Shown here: piece after piece, positions 1 to 9,728 of the stretch | Numbering within the stretch: position 1 is the stretch's first letter | How the letters are laid out: the number at the start of each line of letters is the position of its first letter | Assembly (NCBI GenBank): GCA_027491435.1 | Contig: JAOZFG010000017.1 | Span: forward strand, 32,001 to 96,000 | Length of the DNA: 64,000 nucleotides | Source: Thermoproteota archaeon | GTDB taxonomy: Archaea > Korarchaeota > Korarchaeia > Korarchaeales > Korarchaeaceae | Direction of reading: 5' to 3' | Position numbers and translations under genes: made by a program | Notes under the pieces: generated by a model | Seen by the model: only the letters and a program-made list of their open reading frames with translations | Database searches by the model: none | What the model was told of the DNA's origin: nothing

Positions 1-253
1 GGTCCATGATCCTGTCGGGTTGATCCCTCTGACTAACTGGCCTAAGCGGACATAGCTTATTGCCGGCCCTCACTAGCGCAGATCTCTCATAGGAGGTGGA
101 GACAGTCTCCTCTAACGTCTTTATAGTTTTGAGAAAGTTACTCTTACGATAGGATGCTAAGAGGAAGCTGTAAACTGGAAGTCCTTTGACCTTTCGGTAC
201 GCCTTGCCCAAGAGAGAGCTCGGGATTGCGTTCACCAATAGGGCTATTAACAT
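1..253 (-). CDS. hypothetical protein, partial (runs off window start)
   Basis: ATG at 253 with purine-rich GGGAGAGG upstream; frame stays open to base 1 (MLIALLVNAIPSSLLGKAY...). Confidence 0.5.
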   Translation of the reverse strand, partial: MLIALLVNAIPSSLLGKAYRKVKGLPVYSFLLASYRKSNFLKTIKTLEETVSTSYERSALVRAGNKLCPLRPVSQRDQPDRIMD

Positions 254-262
254 GCCTCTCCC

Positions 263-1147
263 TCATGGCCTAGCTATGTAAGTCACCCTAGTGACGTCTA
301 CCTGCTCCTGAACCTTTCTGGCGTTCTCCAATATATTGGGGTAGACGTTAACCCCTGTGAGTGGTCTCTCAGTTCCTATAAACAGGTAAGCGGCCTCCAA
401 CGTGACGTTACTGTATTCTATTCCTAAGCCCTCTATGGCTTTACCTATCACCCTTATGTCATCCACGGTTAAGCCTGCTCTTTGAGTGTAATCGAACTTT
501 ATAGTGATGTAAGAGTCGCCGAAGTAGAGGTAAGGATAGCCCCAGGGGATTTCTTTGTATAACCTCCACTTCAGCTTGCTGTAAAGGTAGGCGTTCGGTT
601 TAAGACCTGGAGCATCCACTATGATGGACGATCTGACCTTTATGCTTCTCACACCGAATTCGCCAGCTAACACTTTGGATAACTCTTCCAACCTATCTGC
701 CAGTTCATCTAAGCTCCTAGCGCTTATTGGATAAATATAGGCCCTTATTAAAGACGGAGCGGTTGTCTTGAAGGTTATCTTGGAGGCCGCAACGTCTTCT
801 ATATACGCGTTAGGCCCTCCTATGGTTATCCTCTTCCCTTTATACCAGCCGAACAGCCTGGTTTCGTAAGCCCAGGTAATCAGTACGTCGTCGTCGAATT
901 TAGACTTGTTCCCAGTCCAGATACCCTCAACCCTAGCCTCCACCACGTAACCCAGAGAGGATAGCCTAGAGTACTCCAGAACCGCGTTCTGTATGTTGAG
1001 ACCTGAGTAGGAGCTCACCTGAGAGGGCGGGGGTGCTAAGGTTGTGTATAAATAGTAACCAGAGACGGCCAGTATTAATAAAAGAATGAGGAGGTCAAAG
1101 GCATTTACACCTAGCACTTTGCCTTCCTTAGGGTCTATTAGTCTCAT
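263..1147 (-). CDS. membrane-anchored hypothetical protein, DUF4330-like N-terminus
   Basis: MRLIDPKEGKVLGVNAFDLLILLLIL resembles the DUF4330 N-terminal motif; one TM helix then a soluble domain. Confidence 0.55.
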   Translation of the reverse strand: MRLIDPKEGKVLGVNAFDLLILLLILAVSGYYLYTTLAPPPSQVSSYSGLNIQNAVLEYSRLSSLGYVVEARVEGIWTGNKSKFDDDVLITWAYETRLFGWYKGKRITIGGPNAYIEDVAASKITFKTTAPSLIRAYIYPISARSLDELADRLEELSKVLAGEFGVRSIKVRSSIIVDAPGLKPNAYLYSKLKWRLYKEIPWGYPYLYFGDSYITIKFDYTQRAGLTVDDIRVIGKAIEGLGIEYSNVTLEAAYLFIGTERPLTGVNVYPNILENARKVQEQVDVTRVTYIARP

Positions 1148-1155
1148 CCAGTGTT

Positions 1156-2820
1156 CTAGTCGAAGTCAGATTTAAACTCTCCGGGACCCCCTCCTTCCTC
1201 CTCTTCACCTTCCTTCTTTCCGCCCTTCTCCTCGTAGGGCTTAGCAGCTATTATGTCGTCGGTCTTTATTATCAATATTGCAGTCTCAGTGGCAGCCGTT
1301 ATGGCGTTCTTGACCCCTCTGTAGGTGTCAACCACGTCTAGCTTGCTCATGTCAGCCACCTTACCGTTTATAGCGTCGACGCCTACGTACGTCTGGCCGT
1401 TGGCGTGGGCGTTCCTTATCTCAACTAGGGCGTCCACTGGATCCATGCCCGAGTTTTCAGCCAGTATCCTAGGTATGCTCTCTAGAGCCTCGGCGTAAGC
1501 CTCCATAGCCAACTGCTCCTTACCCTTGACGGTGTTGGCGTAGTTCTTTAGCCTGAGGGCCAACTCGGCCTGTATGGAGCCACCTCCGTAGAAGACCTTA
1601 CCGTCCTCCACCACGTTCCTGGCCACGTAGAGGGCGTCCTTCAACCCCCTCTCGGCCTCGTCCAAGATAGTGTCAGCTCCAGCCCTGAGCAAGATCGTAA
1701 CAGCCTTCGGGTTCTTGCAGTCCTCCACGAAGATCATCCTGTCATCTCCTATCTTCCTCTCCTCAACTAGACCAGCGAAGCCCAGCTCCTCCTCAGTCAA
1801 GTCATCGAGGTTGTTGACTATCTTGGCACCAGTGGCCTTCTCAAGCCTCTGCATATCCTTCTCACTTACCCTCCTCACGGCCATTATACCGTGTTTAGCT
1901 AGGAAGTGCTGGGCTACCTCGTCTATGCCCTTCTGGCAGAACACCACGTTGGCCCCAGTTGCAGCTATCTTCTCAACCTTCTCCTTCAGTATCCGGGTCT
2001 CCTGCTCTATGAACTCCCTTAGCTCCTGGGGAGTTGATATCTGTATCTCAAGGTCTATCTCAGGCTTCTTTATCTCTAGAGACAAGTTGAGCAGCGCTAT
2101 CTTGGCGTTCTTCACGGATTTAGGCATGTCCCTGTGAACCACCTCTTTGTCTAACACGACCCCCCTTATGAACTGAGTCTCGGAGAGGCTCCCTCCCTTC
2201 TTCTTGACTATCTTTATGTTGTCTATGTCCACAACCCTCTTACCGTCCTTCTCCTCTTGAACCGCCTTAACGGCCTTGACAGCGATTTCAGCCAGCTTTT
2301 CCTTTTCAGCGCTAACAAGCTTGCTGCTCATAGCTGTAGCCGCTACCTTCTTTATCCACTCCTCATCCTCAGGGTCTACGGTGATAGCCAGTTTATCAAG
2401 CTCCCCCTGTATGAACTTAAGGGCCTTCTCAAACCCCTCAATTATTATGGTTGGGTGTATGTCCTTTTTGAGCAGGTTCTCAGCCTCGGCCAGGATTTCT
2501 CCAGCAAGGACTACGCTTGTGGTGGTTCCATCACCTACCTCCTTATCCTGAGCTTTGGCCAGGTTGACCATCAGCTTCGCAGCAGGGTGAGCGACCTCCA
2601 TCTCTTGAAGTATGGTGGCTCCGTCGTTGCTCACGGTGATATCGCCTAGAGAATCAACTATCATCTTGTCCATTCCCTTAGGCCCTAGAGTCGTCTTAAC
2701 AGCATCAGCTATGGCTCTAGCGGCCATTATGTTTATTCTCCTAGCCTCCTCACCCCTAGTCCTAGTGGTTCCCTCCTTAAGAATTAATACGGGCCTTCCA
2801 CCTATCGTCGCTAAGGCCAT
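1156..2820 (-). CDS. ths: thermosome (group II chaperonin) subunit
   Basis: TTLGPKGMDKM, NDGATIL, GDGTTT motifs; SD GGAGGTG before ATG at 2820. Confidence 0.98.
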   Translation of the reverse strand: MALATIGGRPVLILKEGTTRTRGEEARRINIMAARAIADAVKTTLGPKGMDKMIVDSLGDITVSNDGATILQEMEVAHPAAKLMVNLAKAQDKEVGDGTTTSVVLAGEILAEAENLLKKDIHPTIIIEGFEKALKFIQGELDKLAITVDPEDEEWIKKVAATAMSSKLVSAEKEKLAEIAVKAVKAVQEEKDGKRVVDIDNIKIVKKKGGSLSETQFIRGVVLDKEVVHRDMPKSVKNAKIALLNLSLEIKKPEIDLEIQISTPQELREFIEQETRILKEKVEKIAATGANVVFCQKGIDEVAQHFLAKHGIMAVRRVSEKDMQRLEKATGAKIVNNLDDLTEEELGFAGLVEERKIGDDRMIFVEDCKNPKAVTILLRAGADTILDEAERGLKDALYVARNVVEDGKVFYGGGSIQAELALRLKNYANTVKGKEQLAMEAYAEALESIPRILAENSGMDPVDALVEIRNAHANGQTYVGVDAINGKVADMSKLDVVDTYRGVKNAITAATETAILIIKTDDIIAAKPYEEKGGKKEGEEEEGGGPGEFKSDFD

Positions 2821-2927
2821 TTTCTTCACCTCCTTAGTTAGCGGTACCCATCGTCGGGCAGCATGAGTTATACCACCATCGAGTTATAAAAATTAGCGGT
2901 TACATACGGCATCTGGGAGGTGGTGTC

Positions 2928-3746
2928 TTGCCGAGAATAGCAATAATTGGGGGCAGTGGGGTCTACAGGGTTATGGATGAGAGGAAATCCACCTTAGTGG
3001 ACACTCCTTTCGGGACTGTAGAGGTCTTCCTAGGGAACCTGTCAGGCGAAGAGGTGGCTTTTATACCAAGACACGGAGAAAATCATGAAATTCCTCCATT
3101 TAAGGTGAATTATAGGGGAAATCTTTATGCTTTAATGGAGCTTGGAGTTGAGAGAGTGATAGCCACCAACGCCGTAGGGTCTCTGAGGGAAGACTACCCG
3201 CCAGGAACCATACTAATACCTGACGACTTCATGGACTTCACTAAGAGGAGGGATTACACGTACTACGATGGTGGGGAGATTAAAGTCAGGGGGAGGGTAA
3301 TTAGAGGAGTTGTTCACGTCTCAATGACTCCCCATCCCTACTGTCCGGAGATAAGGGCTGCCATTAAGAGTGCTTCTGAGAAGCTGGGCATAGAGCTAGT
3401 TGACAAGGGAGTTTACTGTTGTATGGAAGGGAATCGCTTTGAGACGCCTGCAGAAATAAGGGCCTTGAGAATTTTAGGTGGAGATGTAGTAGGAATGACC
3501 GGTTGTCCGGAGGCCACGTTAGCGAGGGAACTGGAGATGTGTTATGCTTCAATAAACGTGGTCACTAATTACGCCGCGGGGGTTGGGGGAAATGTCAAGT
3601 TAACCCAAGACGAAGTGGCCGAGATATTTTCAAAGAGAATAGAAGACGTCATCGCCTTGATAGAGGAGACCATCCCTCTGATACCGAAGGAGAGGGCCTG
3701 CCCTTGCTCTAGAGCTTTAGAGGGGGCCGTCATAACCAAGAAGTGA
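2928..3746 (+). CDS. mtnP: S-methyl-5'-thioadenosine phosphorylase (MTAP/PNP family 2)
   Basis: IIGGSG, PRHG, NAVGSL, EGNRFET.AE, VVGMT..PEA.LARE motifs. Confidence 0.92.
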   Translation: MPRIAIIGGSGVYRVMDERKSTLVDTPFGTVEVFLGNLSGEEVAFIPRHGENHEIPPFKVNYRGNLYALMELGVERVIATNAVGSLREDYPPGTILIPDDFMDFTKRRDYTYYDGGEIKVRGRVIRGVVHVSMTPHPYCPEIRAAIKSASEKLGIELVDKGVYCCMEGNRFETPAEIRALRILGGDVVGMTGCPEATLARELEMCYASINVVTNYAAGVGGNVKLTQDEVAEIFSKRIEDVIALIEETIPLIPKERACPCSRALEGAVITKK

Positions 3747-3840
3747 AAATTATTAACCGATAGCCCTAGCTGCATCCTCTATGCATGAAATCTTTTTTAC
3801 TTTTAGGCGCCAGCTGACCTGAGGTAGGCAAGGTGGAACT

Positions 3841-5046
3841 ATGAGGGTTAGGAAGGTCCTCACGCTGGATGACGTGGCCGTTGAAGGAAAGAAGGTCTTC
3901 CTTAGGGCTGATATGAACGTCCCCGTCGGAGAGGACGGGCAAATTATGAACAGTGAGAAGATTAAGCAGGCAGCAAAAACGTTAAAAGAGTTAATAGAGA
4001 GAGGGTCTGCCGTTATCGTGGGTACCCATCAAGGCAGGCCAGGTAGCAACGATTTCATCAGCACAGAAGCACATAGCGCCATACTATCAGAAATATTGGG
4101 AACTGAGGTCAATTACGTAGATGGCGTTATATCTAGAGAGGTCAGGGAGGAGATAAGTAACTTACAGGCTGGAGAGGTACTAATGTTAGAGAACCTGAGG
4201 TTTATGGCCGAGGAGAACATCGAGGGTGACCCTAAGGATTTGGTGAACACGCACTTCGTCAGGAGGCTAGCCCCTCTCTTTGACATTTACGTGAATGATG
4301 CCTTCCAGGCGGCCCATAGGAGTCAACCCTCTCTTGTGGCCTTTCCTTACATAAAACCATCGGCTGCTGGCAGGATAATGCAGAAGATGATCGCTGAAAT
4401 GGCTGAGATAGACGCTATAAAGGGCAAGAGAGTCTTCATCTTGGGAGGGGCCAAGGTATCCGACAAGCTCAAGGTAATAGTCCACGCCATCAAGAACAAC
4501 AAAGCTGCTGAAATACTGACGGGCGGACTTGTAGGCTCTCTAATGGCGTTAGCGGCTGGTCACAAGATAAATGGGGCCTTAAAGAGGTTGAGAGATTTGG
4601 ATTTGCTCCTCCCAGCTGCTAGGGACATACTAGAGAGGGCTTCAGGCAGGGTTTTATATCCAGTGGACTTCGTGGTCAAGGATGAAGAAGGTGAACTAAG
4701 AACCTACCCTGTGTACGCGATCCCTGAAGGCGGACAGATAGTGGATATAGGTCCGGGAACCATAGAAATATACAAGGAGAGACTTAAGGAGGCCGATTTA
4801 GCCGTGGCCAACGGTCCAATGGGCATATTTGAGAGGCCAGAGTCAAGGAGGGGAACTCTGGAGATTGTCAAGGCCATGGAAATGTACGCTAAGGAATCGG
4901 TTCTCTGTGGGGGTCACATGAGCACCGCTGCCAAGCTGGCAAACACAAAGGGGAGCAGGATATACACGGCCGGAGGAGCAGTTCTTTATGGGCTAGCCGG
5001 CTTGCCCCTCCCGGCTATCGATGCTTTGAGGGAAGGGGTCAGATGA
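3841..5046 (+). CDS. pgk: phosphoglycerate kinase
   Basis: RADMNVP, HQGRPG, LENLRF, DAF.AAHR, LGGAK, NGPMG.FE motifs. Confidence 0.95.
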   Translation: MRVRKVLTLDDVAVEGKKVFLRADMNVPVGEDGQIMNSEKIKQAAKTLKELIERGSAVIVGTHQGRPGSNDFISTEAHSAILSEILGTEVNYVDGVISREVREEISNLQAGEVLMLENLRFMAEENIEGDPKDLVNTHFVRRLAPLFDIYVNDAFQAAHRSQPSLVAFPYIKPSAAGRIMQKMIAEMAEIDAIKGKRVFILGGAKVSDKLKVIVHAIKNNKAAEILTGGLVGSLMALAAGHKINGALKRLRDLDLLLPAARDILERASGRVLYPVDFVVKDEEGELRTYPVYAIPEGGQIVDIGPGTIEIYKERLKEADLAVANGPMGIFERPESRRGTLEIVKAMEMYAKESVLCGGHMSTAAKLANTKGSRIYTAGGAVLYGLAGLPLPAIDALREGVR

Positions 5047-5672
5047 TAGACGTCATGGTGATCTTCTCCCCGAGAAATCTTCCACTACTGGAAATTATCA
5101 AAGAAGATCCTTCGATCCGACCTTCTATTTTTCTAAGAGAAAAGGATAGTTTGATAAAGTTGTTTGATGAAGTTTACGATGTATACGTCGACGAGGGGGT
5201 CGTAGAATTCGTGAAGAGGAAGGGAGTTAAGGTATCTGGGCTAGCCCCCCGAGGCGCTTACTCTCTCGATCTTCATGAGGATCACCTCAGGATAAGGGGG
5301 AAATGCGTTAGAGACGTCGATCCCCTCACGGTTCTCAGGTATAGGATAGGGGATCTGGTGGACGTTAGTGACATTAATCCCTACTTTGACGGGATAATCT
5401 GGGGAAAGCTTCCCAGTCTAAGCGTAGGCGTCATTCACTTGCTGGCTTCCAGAGACAGGGTCAAGTTCTTGCCCAAGGTTGGCTTAAGTGCCATGAAGGC
5501 CCTTCTTAAGGAAGCCTGCAGCCCGAGCTTAGTTAAGCCAATTTACCTGTTGAAGGGGCATTATTTCGTTATGAGCCCCCTGTCCCTAGGACTTGAGGCG
5601 TTAGACTTAATTAAGGAATGTGAAGGTATCCCAATTAAGGCCTCTAGAAGAATTAAGTTAGTGGAGGGTTGA
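5043..5672 (+). CDS. hypothetical protein, possibly a degenerate archaeal GAPDH homolog
   Basis: ATGA overlap with pgk; scattered resemblance to archaeal GAPDH but no GxGxxG or SCNT motif. Confidence 0.45.
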   Translation: MIDVMVIFSPRNLPLLEIIKEDPSIRPSIFLREKDSLIKLFDEVYDVYVDEGVVEFVKRKGVKVSGLAPRGAYSLDLHEDHLRIRGKCVRDVDPLTVLRYRIGDLVDVSDINPYFDGIIWGKLPSLSVGVIHLLASRDRVKFLPKVGLSAMKALLKEACSPSLVKPIYLLKGHYFVMSPLSLGLEALDLIKECEGIPIKASRRIKLVEG

Positions 5673-7870
5673 ACTTGAAAAGCAATTCTAAAGGCCCTTT
5701 CACGGTTAGGTCTGTTCTCCTATCTATCTTCTTCGGTTTATTCATGCTGTTCGCCCAAGGAATAATGGGGTCAGCCGCTGGCTACTTTTGGACGGGAGAA
5801 GCTGCCTTAGTCCTTATGATTGTGGGCTACTCCCTATCAACCCTAACTAGAGACCCCATGACGCCTTCGGAGCTGGGCGTCATATTCGGAGCTGTGGAAG
5901 TTATAACTGTACTCTTCATAGGATGGCAGTACTTCATCCCCTCTTGGGCTCTGGCCTTACTCTCCGATTCTATCCCTGCCGAGATCAAGCAGTGGATTCC
6001 TGACTTCTTGATCCCTAAGGACAAGGAAGCCCTCAGAACCCTCATAGTGGGCGGCAGCCTTAACCTCTCCATCTGGATAGTTCCTCTAACTTTTCTGATA
6101 GTGTTTGCCGTAGTGATATCGCTATTCGCCTACTTTAACATGATACCCTTCCACAAGTTCTACTTAGAGAAGGAGAAGCTCATATTCCCCGTAGCTACTG
6201 TAGCGTCCAGCATAGCAAAGAGGCTCAAGGAGGGAAGGGACACCAAGTGGATATGGCTTGGGGTACTGGCTGGGTTCACAATGAGCTTAATTCAGAGAGG
6301 TCATTTGCTCAACGTGTTATGGCCTGACTTTCCGGTGGCTAACCTCAACATCGACTTAACTCCCGCTTTACAGAAGGTTTTGCCAGGAGGCGCCTTCGGA
6401 ATGGACAAGGGAAGCCAAATCACGCCAGACCTAGTGGCTTGGGCTTACATAATTCCTTTGGAGGTACAGGCGTCCATGTGGATAACTGCCTTAATAGCTT
6501 ACCTGGCAATTCCGCCAATTTTAGTGAAGATAGGGCTGCTCCCCTACGAGCCCGGCGGAGACTTCCAGACGTATAGTTCAGTCGCCTCTCTGCATGGTCC
6601 TCTTCCATGGCACCATATATCAACGGGGCTCCTCGCGGCCATTGGTGTAGTTCCCCTGCTACTAGGTTATAAGTACATAAAGAAGTCGCTGGACGATTGG
6701 CAGGGACCTTTCAACAAGAGAATACTGTTTGTGGGGTGGGCTCTCACGTTTGCGGGTAGTGTGGCGTTGATCTCAGCGTTAGGACTCAGCCCAGGGGTAG
6801 CTATAGCGATCCTTATGCTACAGGTAGTTTACTGGCACGGATACGTGTGGACCATAGGCATGGGCAACTGGCTGATACCCACAGAGCTTGGAATTAGAGG
6901 ACTTGTGGACTCCCTCCTGTTTACTCCTGCGACTAGAATGTCTAGAGATGCCTTCTGGGCTGGAGCCTCAACGGCAATGGTATCCGACGTGGGATCGGCC
7001 CAGGCTACCTCCCTGATGGAGGGCTTCAGGTACTCCAGGAACATAGGGATGTCCCTCAAACACATGTTCAAGGCCCAGCTGATGGGGCTAATTATGGGAT
7101 CGGTGATAGGCGGCGTGATGCTATTGGCAGCTTACCACATCTGGGGGGCGGCTAAAGAGCCACTTAGAGCTGATAACGTGAAGTACCCGGCTACTGGCTT
7201 GCTTCAGATAACTGGACAGTTTGGAGGGTGGGAGCTCAGTTACTTCATCTTGGGATTCGCCTTTGGGGCGCTGATTTTCCTGATAAGGGGGGTCGTCCCT
7301 TGGTTAACCGTTAGCGCTGTAGGAGTCCTGTTTGGGCTAATGATACCGCATTACGCTGTGCTATACATGATGAGCACTGCTCTTAGAATTGTGGTGGATA
7401 GGACCAAGGGCAGGGAGTTCAACAGGAGGGTTATGATCCCCCTAATGGCTGGCTTCGCCGCCGGAGGTATAATAAACGTGATGGCCGCTGGCCTGGTGAA
7501 GATATTGAAGGTAATGGGCGCCGATGCCGCGGCACTTCTCTTAGGAGGCTTAATAATACTGGCCGTCTACCTGCTGTCCCTGAGAGCTTATCTTAGAGGT
7601 GAATCCAGAACTCGTGGCATTAGGGCAGTAGTTATAGAACCCTTCGGGATACTGGTAGACAAGGAGGTTGAGATAACCCCCTATGAGCTTGGAGTTGAGG
7701 GACTTGGATCCATCAAGCTATCGCCTGACGATGGCTGGACGCTGACCCCGATAGGAACTAGTGCCACTGTTAATGGTGAGCATGTTCCCGATGGATCTAG
7801 CTACAGGATTGATGGTGAGGCTGAGGTGTTAATCTGGGGAGTTAAGCTTAGCTTAAGGGTGGTAGAATGA
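5669..7870 (+). CDS. OPT-like polytopic peptide transporter with C-terminal FHA-like domain
   Basis: Many TM helices; R(S)VLL and EKEKLIFP motifs typical of OPT-related proteins; beta-rich tail with TVNG. Confidence 0.65.
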   Translation: MNLKSNSKGPFTVRSVLLSIFFGLFMLFAQGIMGSAAGYFWTGEAALVLMIVGYSLSTLTRDPMTPSELGVIFGAVEVITVLFIGWQYFIPSWALALLSDSIPAEIKQWIPDFLIPKDKEALRTLIVGGSLNLSIWIVPLTFLIVFAVVISLFAYFNMIPFHKFYLEKEKLIFPVATVASSIAKRLKEGRDTKWIWLGVLAGFTMSLIQRGHLLNVLWPDFPVANLNIDLTPALQKVLPGGAFGMDKGSQITPDLVAWAYIIPLEVQASMWITALIAYLAIPPILVKIGLLPYEPGGDFQTYSSVASLHGPLPWHHISTGLLAAIGVVPLLLGYKYIKKSLDDWQGPFNKRILFVGWALTFAGSVALISALGLSPGVAIAILMLQVVYWHGYVWTIGMGNWLIPTELGIRGLVDSLLFTPATRMSRDAFWAGASTAMVSDVGSAQATSLMEGFRYSRNIGMSLKHMFKAQLMGLIMGSVIGGVMLLAAYHIWGAAKEPLRADNVKYPATGLLQITGQFGGWELSYFILGFAFGALIFLIRGVVPWLTVSAVGVLFGLMIPHYAVLYMMSTALRIVVDRTKGREFNRRVMIPLMAGFAAGGIINVMAAGLVKILKVMGADAAALLLGGLIILAVYLLSLRAYLRGESRTRGIRAVVIEPFGILVDKEVEITPYELGVEGLGSIKLSPDDGWTLTPIGTSATVNGEHVPDGSSYRIDGEAEVLIWGVKLSLRVVE

Positions 7871-9210
7871 GCCTAATATTCACGCCCTTGGGAATTAGAG
7901 GGGTCTTCGGTGAAAGCCTAACCGTCGGTGACGTGTTGAAGCTATCTAACATATTCGGAGACCATTTAGGCGAGGGATCTACCGTAGTGGTGGGCAGGGA
8001 TACCAGGGACAGCGGACCGGCTGTAGAGAAGGCCGTCGTATCGGGACTGCTATCCGCTGGAGTTCACGTGATAAACTTGGGAGTGGCTCCCACCCCCATG
8101 ATAGAGTGGGCGGTGGACAGGTTAGAGGCTGATGGAGGTGTGATAATATCGGCAAGCCATAACCCGCCTGAGTGGAACGCTTTGAAACTGGTAGGGGAGA
8201 GAGGGGTCCTGCTCCACCCAGATGAGATGGAGGCCCTCAAGGAGAAGTTCTCTAAGGGGGAGCCCAAGACCGTACCTTGGAACAAGGTCGGATCGTACAG
8301 GGAAGTCAACCTAGTAGACGAGTACATAAGTGAGATAGAGTCTTTAGTAGACGGAGATCGGATAAGAGATGCTGGCTTTAAGGTAGTGTTGGACCTTAAC
8401 GGAGGGGCTGGGGCTATAGTTACCCCCTACCTGCTTCATAGGCTAGGTGTGAAGGTGATATCTCTCAACTCCGCCCCGGGAATATTTGTGAGGGAGATGG
8501 AACCCAGGCCAGACACTCTGGGCGACTTGGCCTCCACTGTAAAGGCCGTTAGGGCGGATGTAGGCTTTGCCCACGATACTGACGCTGATAGGTTAACCCT
8601 AGTAACCGAGTGGGGGGAGATCCTGACTGAAGACATAACTCTGGCTTTGGTTGTGGACTACCTACTTCAGAAGGAGGGGGGTGGCTCCTTGGTAGTAAAC
8701 GTGGCCTCATCTAAGATGTTTGACGACATCGCATCTAGCAGAGGCGCCACTGTTTACAGAACCCCCGTGGGAGAAGCCTACGTAGCTCATAAGATGTTAG
8801 AGGTGAATGCCACCGTAGGGGGGGAAGGAAGCTGTGGCGGCGTGATCTACCCCAAGTTCCATGTAGGGAGGGATGGGCCTTTAGCTGCAGCCATAATACT
8901 GGAAAGGATGTCCGTTGAGGGAAAAACGCTTTCACAGCTGGTGGATGAGCTCCCCAAATACTACATGAGAAGGGAGAGCATTCCAGCGAGGGTTAACTGG
9001 GACGAAGTTAGTGAGAGGCTCATCAAGTTCGCTGAGAGTAGAGGTATGAAGGTAAGCACGCTGGACGGGGTCAGAATGGATACAGATGACCTTTGGGCCT
9101 TGATAAGGCCATCTAAGACGGAATTTAAGGTAAGGTTCGTCGTGGAAGGCAGGGATAAGGGTGAAGTGGACGGCCTGTTAGATGAGCTGATGAAGCTCGT
9201 CATGTCCTAG
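7867..9210 (+). CDS. glmM: phosphohexomutase (phosphoglucosamine/phosphomannomutase)
   Basis: GRDTR, SASHNP, DTDADR, GGEGS, RPSKTE motifs. Confidence 0.9.
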   Translation: MSLIFTPLGIRGVFGESLTVGDVLKLSNIFGDHLGEGSTVVVGRDTRDSGPAVEKAVVSGLLSAGVHVINLGVAPTPMIEWAVDRLEADGGVIISASHNPPEWNALKLVGERGVLLHPDEMEALKEKFSKGEPKTVPWNKVGSYREVNLVDEYISEIESLVDGDRIRDAGFKVVLDLNGGAGAIVTPYLLHRLGVKVISLNSAPGIFVREMEPRPDTLGDLASTVKAVRADVGFAHDTDADRLTLVTEWGEILTEDITLALVVDYLLQKEGGGSLVVNVASSKMFDDIASSRGATVYRTPVGEAYVAHKMLEVNATVGGEGSCGGVIYPKFHVGRDGPLAAAIILERMSVEGKTLSQLVDELPKYYMRRESIPARVNWDEVSERLIKFAESRGMKVSTLDGVRMDTDDLWALIRPSKTEFKVRFVVEGRDKGEVDGLLDELMKLVMS

Positions 9211-9646
9211 CTTCTCCTTTCTCCCCAGAAAATTTCAGTCTACCCTCCACTTTATCTATAAACCTCTTCCAGGCTGACCCTAGACTACTTAAAGCTATGA
9301 TCATGAAGGAGAAGGTGGTAAAGGGGCCGTCTGGGGGGCCTATCATCAGCCCGGCGATCAAACCTAGGATGGGGATCCCAACCCCCGATATGAGGGAAGC
9401 CTTCTTGTACAAGGCGGCCTCACTCCCTTGTGAGAAGAGGAGGTGTCTGACATATCTATCAGAGGCGAAGAATAAGATGAGGGCGGCTATCATCAGCATA
9501 ATGCTTACCAGGGATCCGGTCACTCTGTCGGTCAGTCTAAACCTCTCTACGGCAAAAGAGACTATAACCAAAGTAAACGCACTGAAAGAAGCTATCCAAG
9601 CTGTAAACTCCCTTAGTTTAGTGATCTCTTCTCCTCTCACGGTCAC
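9200..9646 (-). CDS. hypothetical 4-TM membrane protein
   Basis: Four hydrophobic segments; start moved to the GTG near 9646 to avoid overlap with EF-1alpha. Confidence 0.6.
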   Translation of the reverse strand: MTVRGEEITKLREFTAWIASFSAFTLVIVSFAVERFRLTDRVTGSLVSIMLMIAALILFFASDRYVRHLLFSQGSEAALYKKASLISGVGIPILGLIAGLMIGPPDGPFTTFSFMIIALSSLGSAWKRFIDKVEGRLKFSGEKGEART

Positions 9647-9728
9647 TGAGTACCCTTCATGGGTCGACACGTTTAGTTTAAAAATACATTCAAGGTCTTG
9701 GAAGTAGGGAGTGTACCCCAGTGAGGTG

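Noticed and set aside
1670-2866. Numerous antisense or shadow ORFs here and throughout the ORF track
   Set aside because: They lie opposite well-conserved genes and have the Ser/Leu-rich composition typical of antisense frames.
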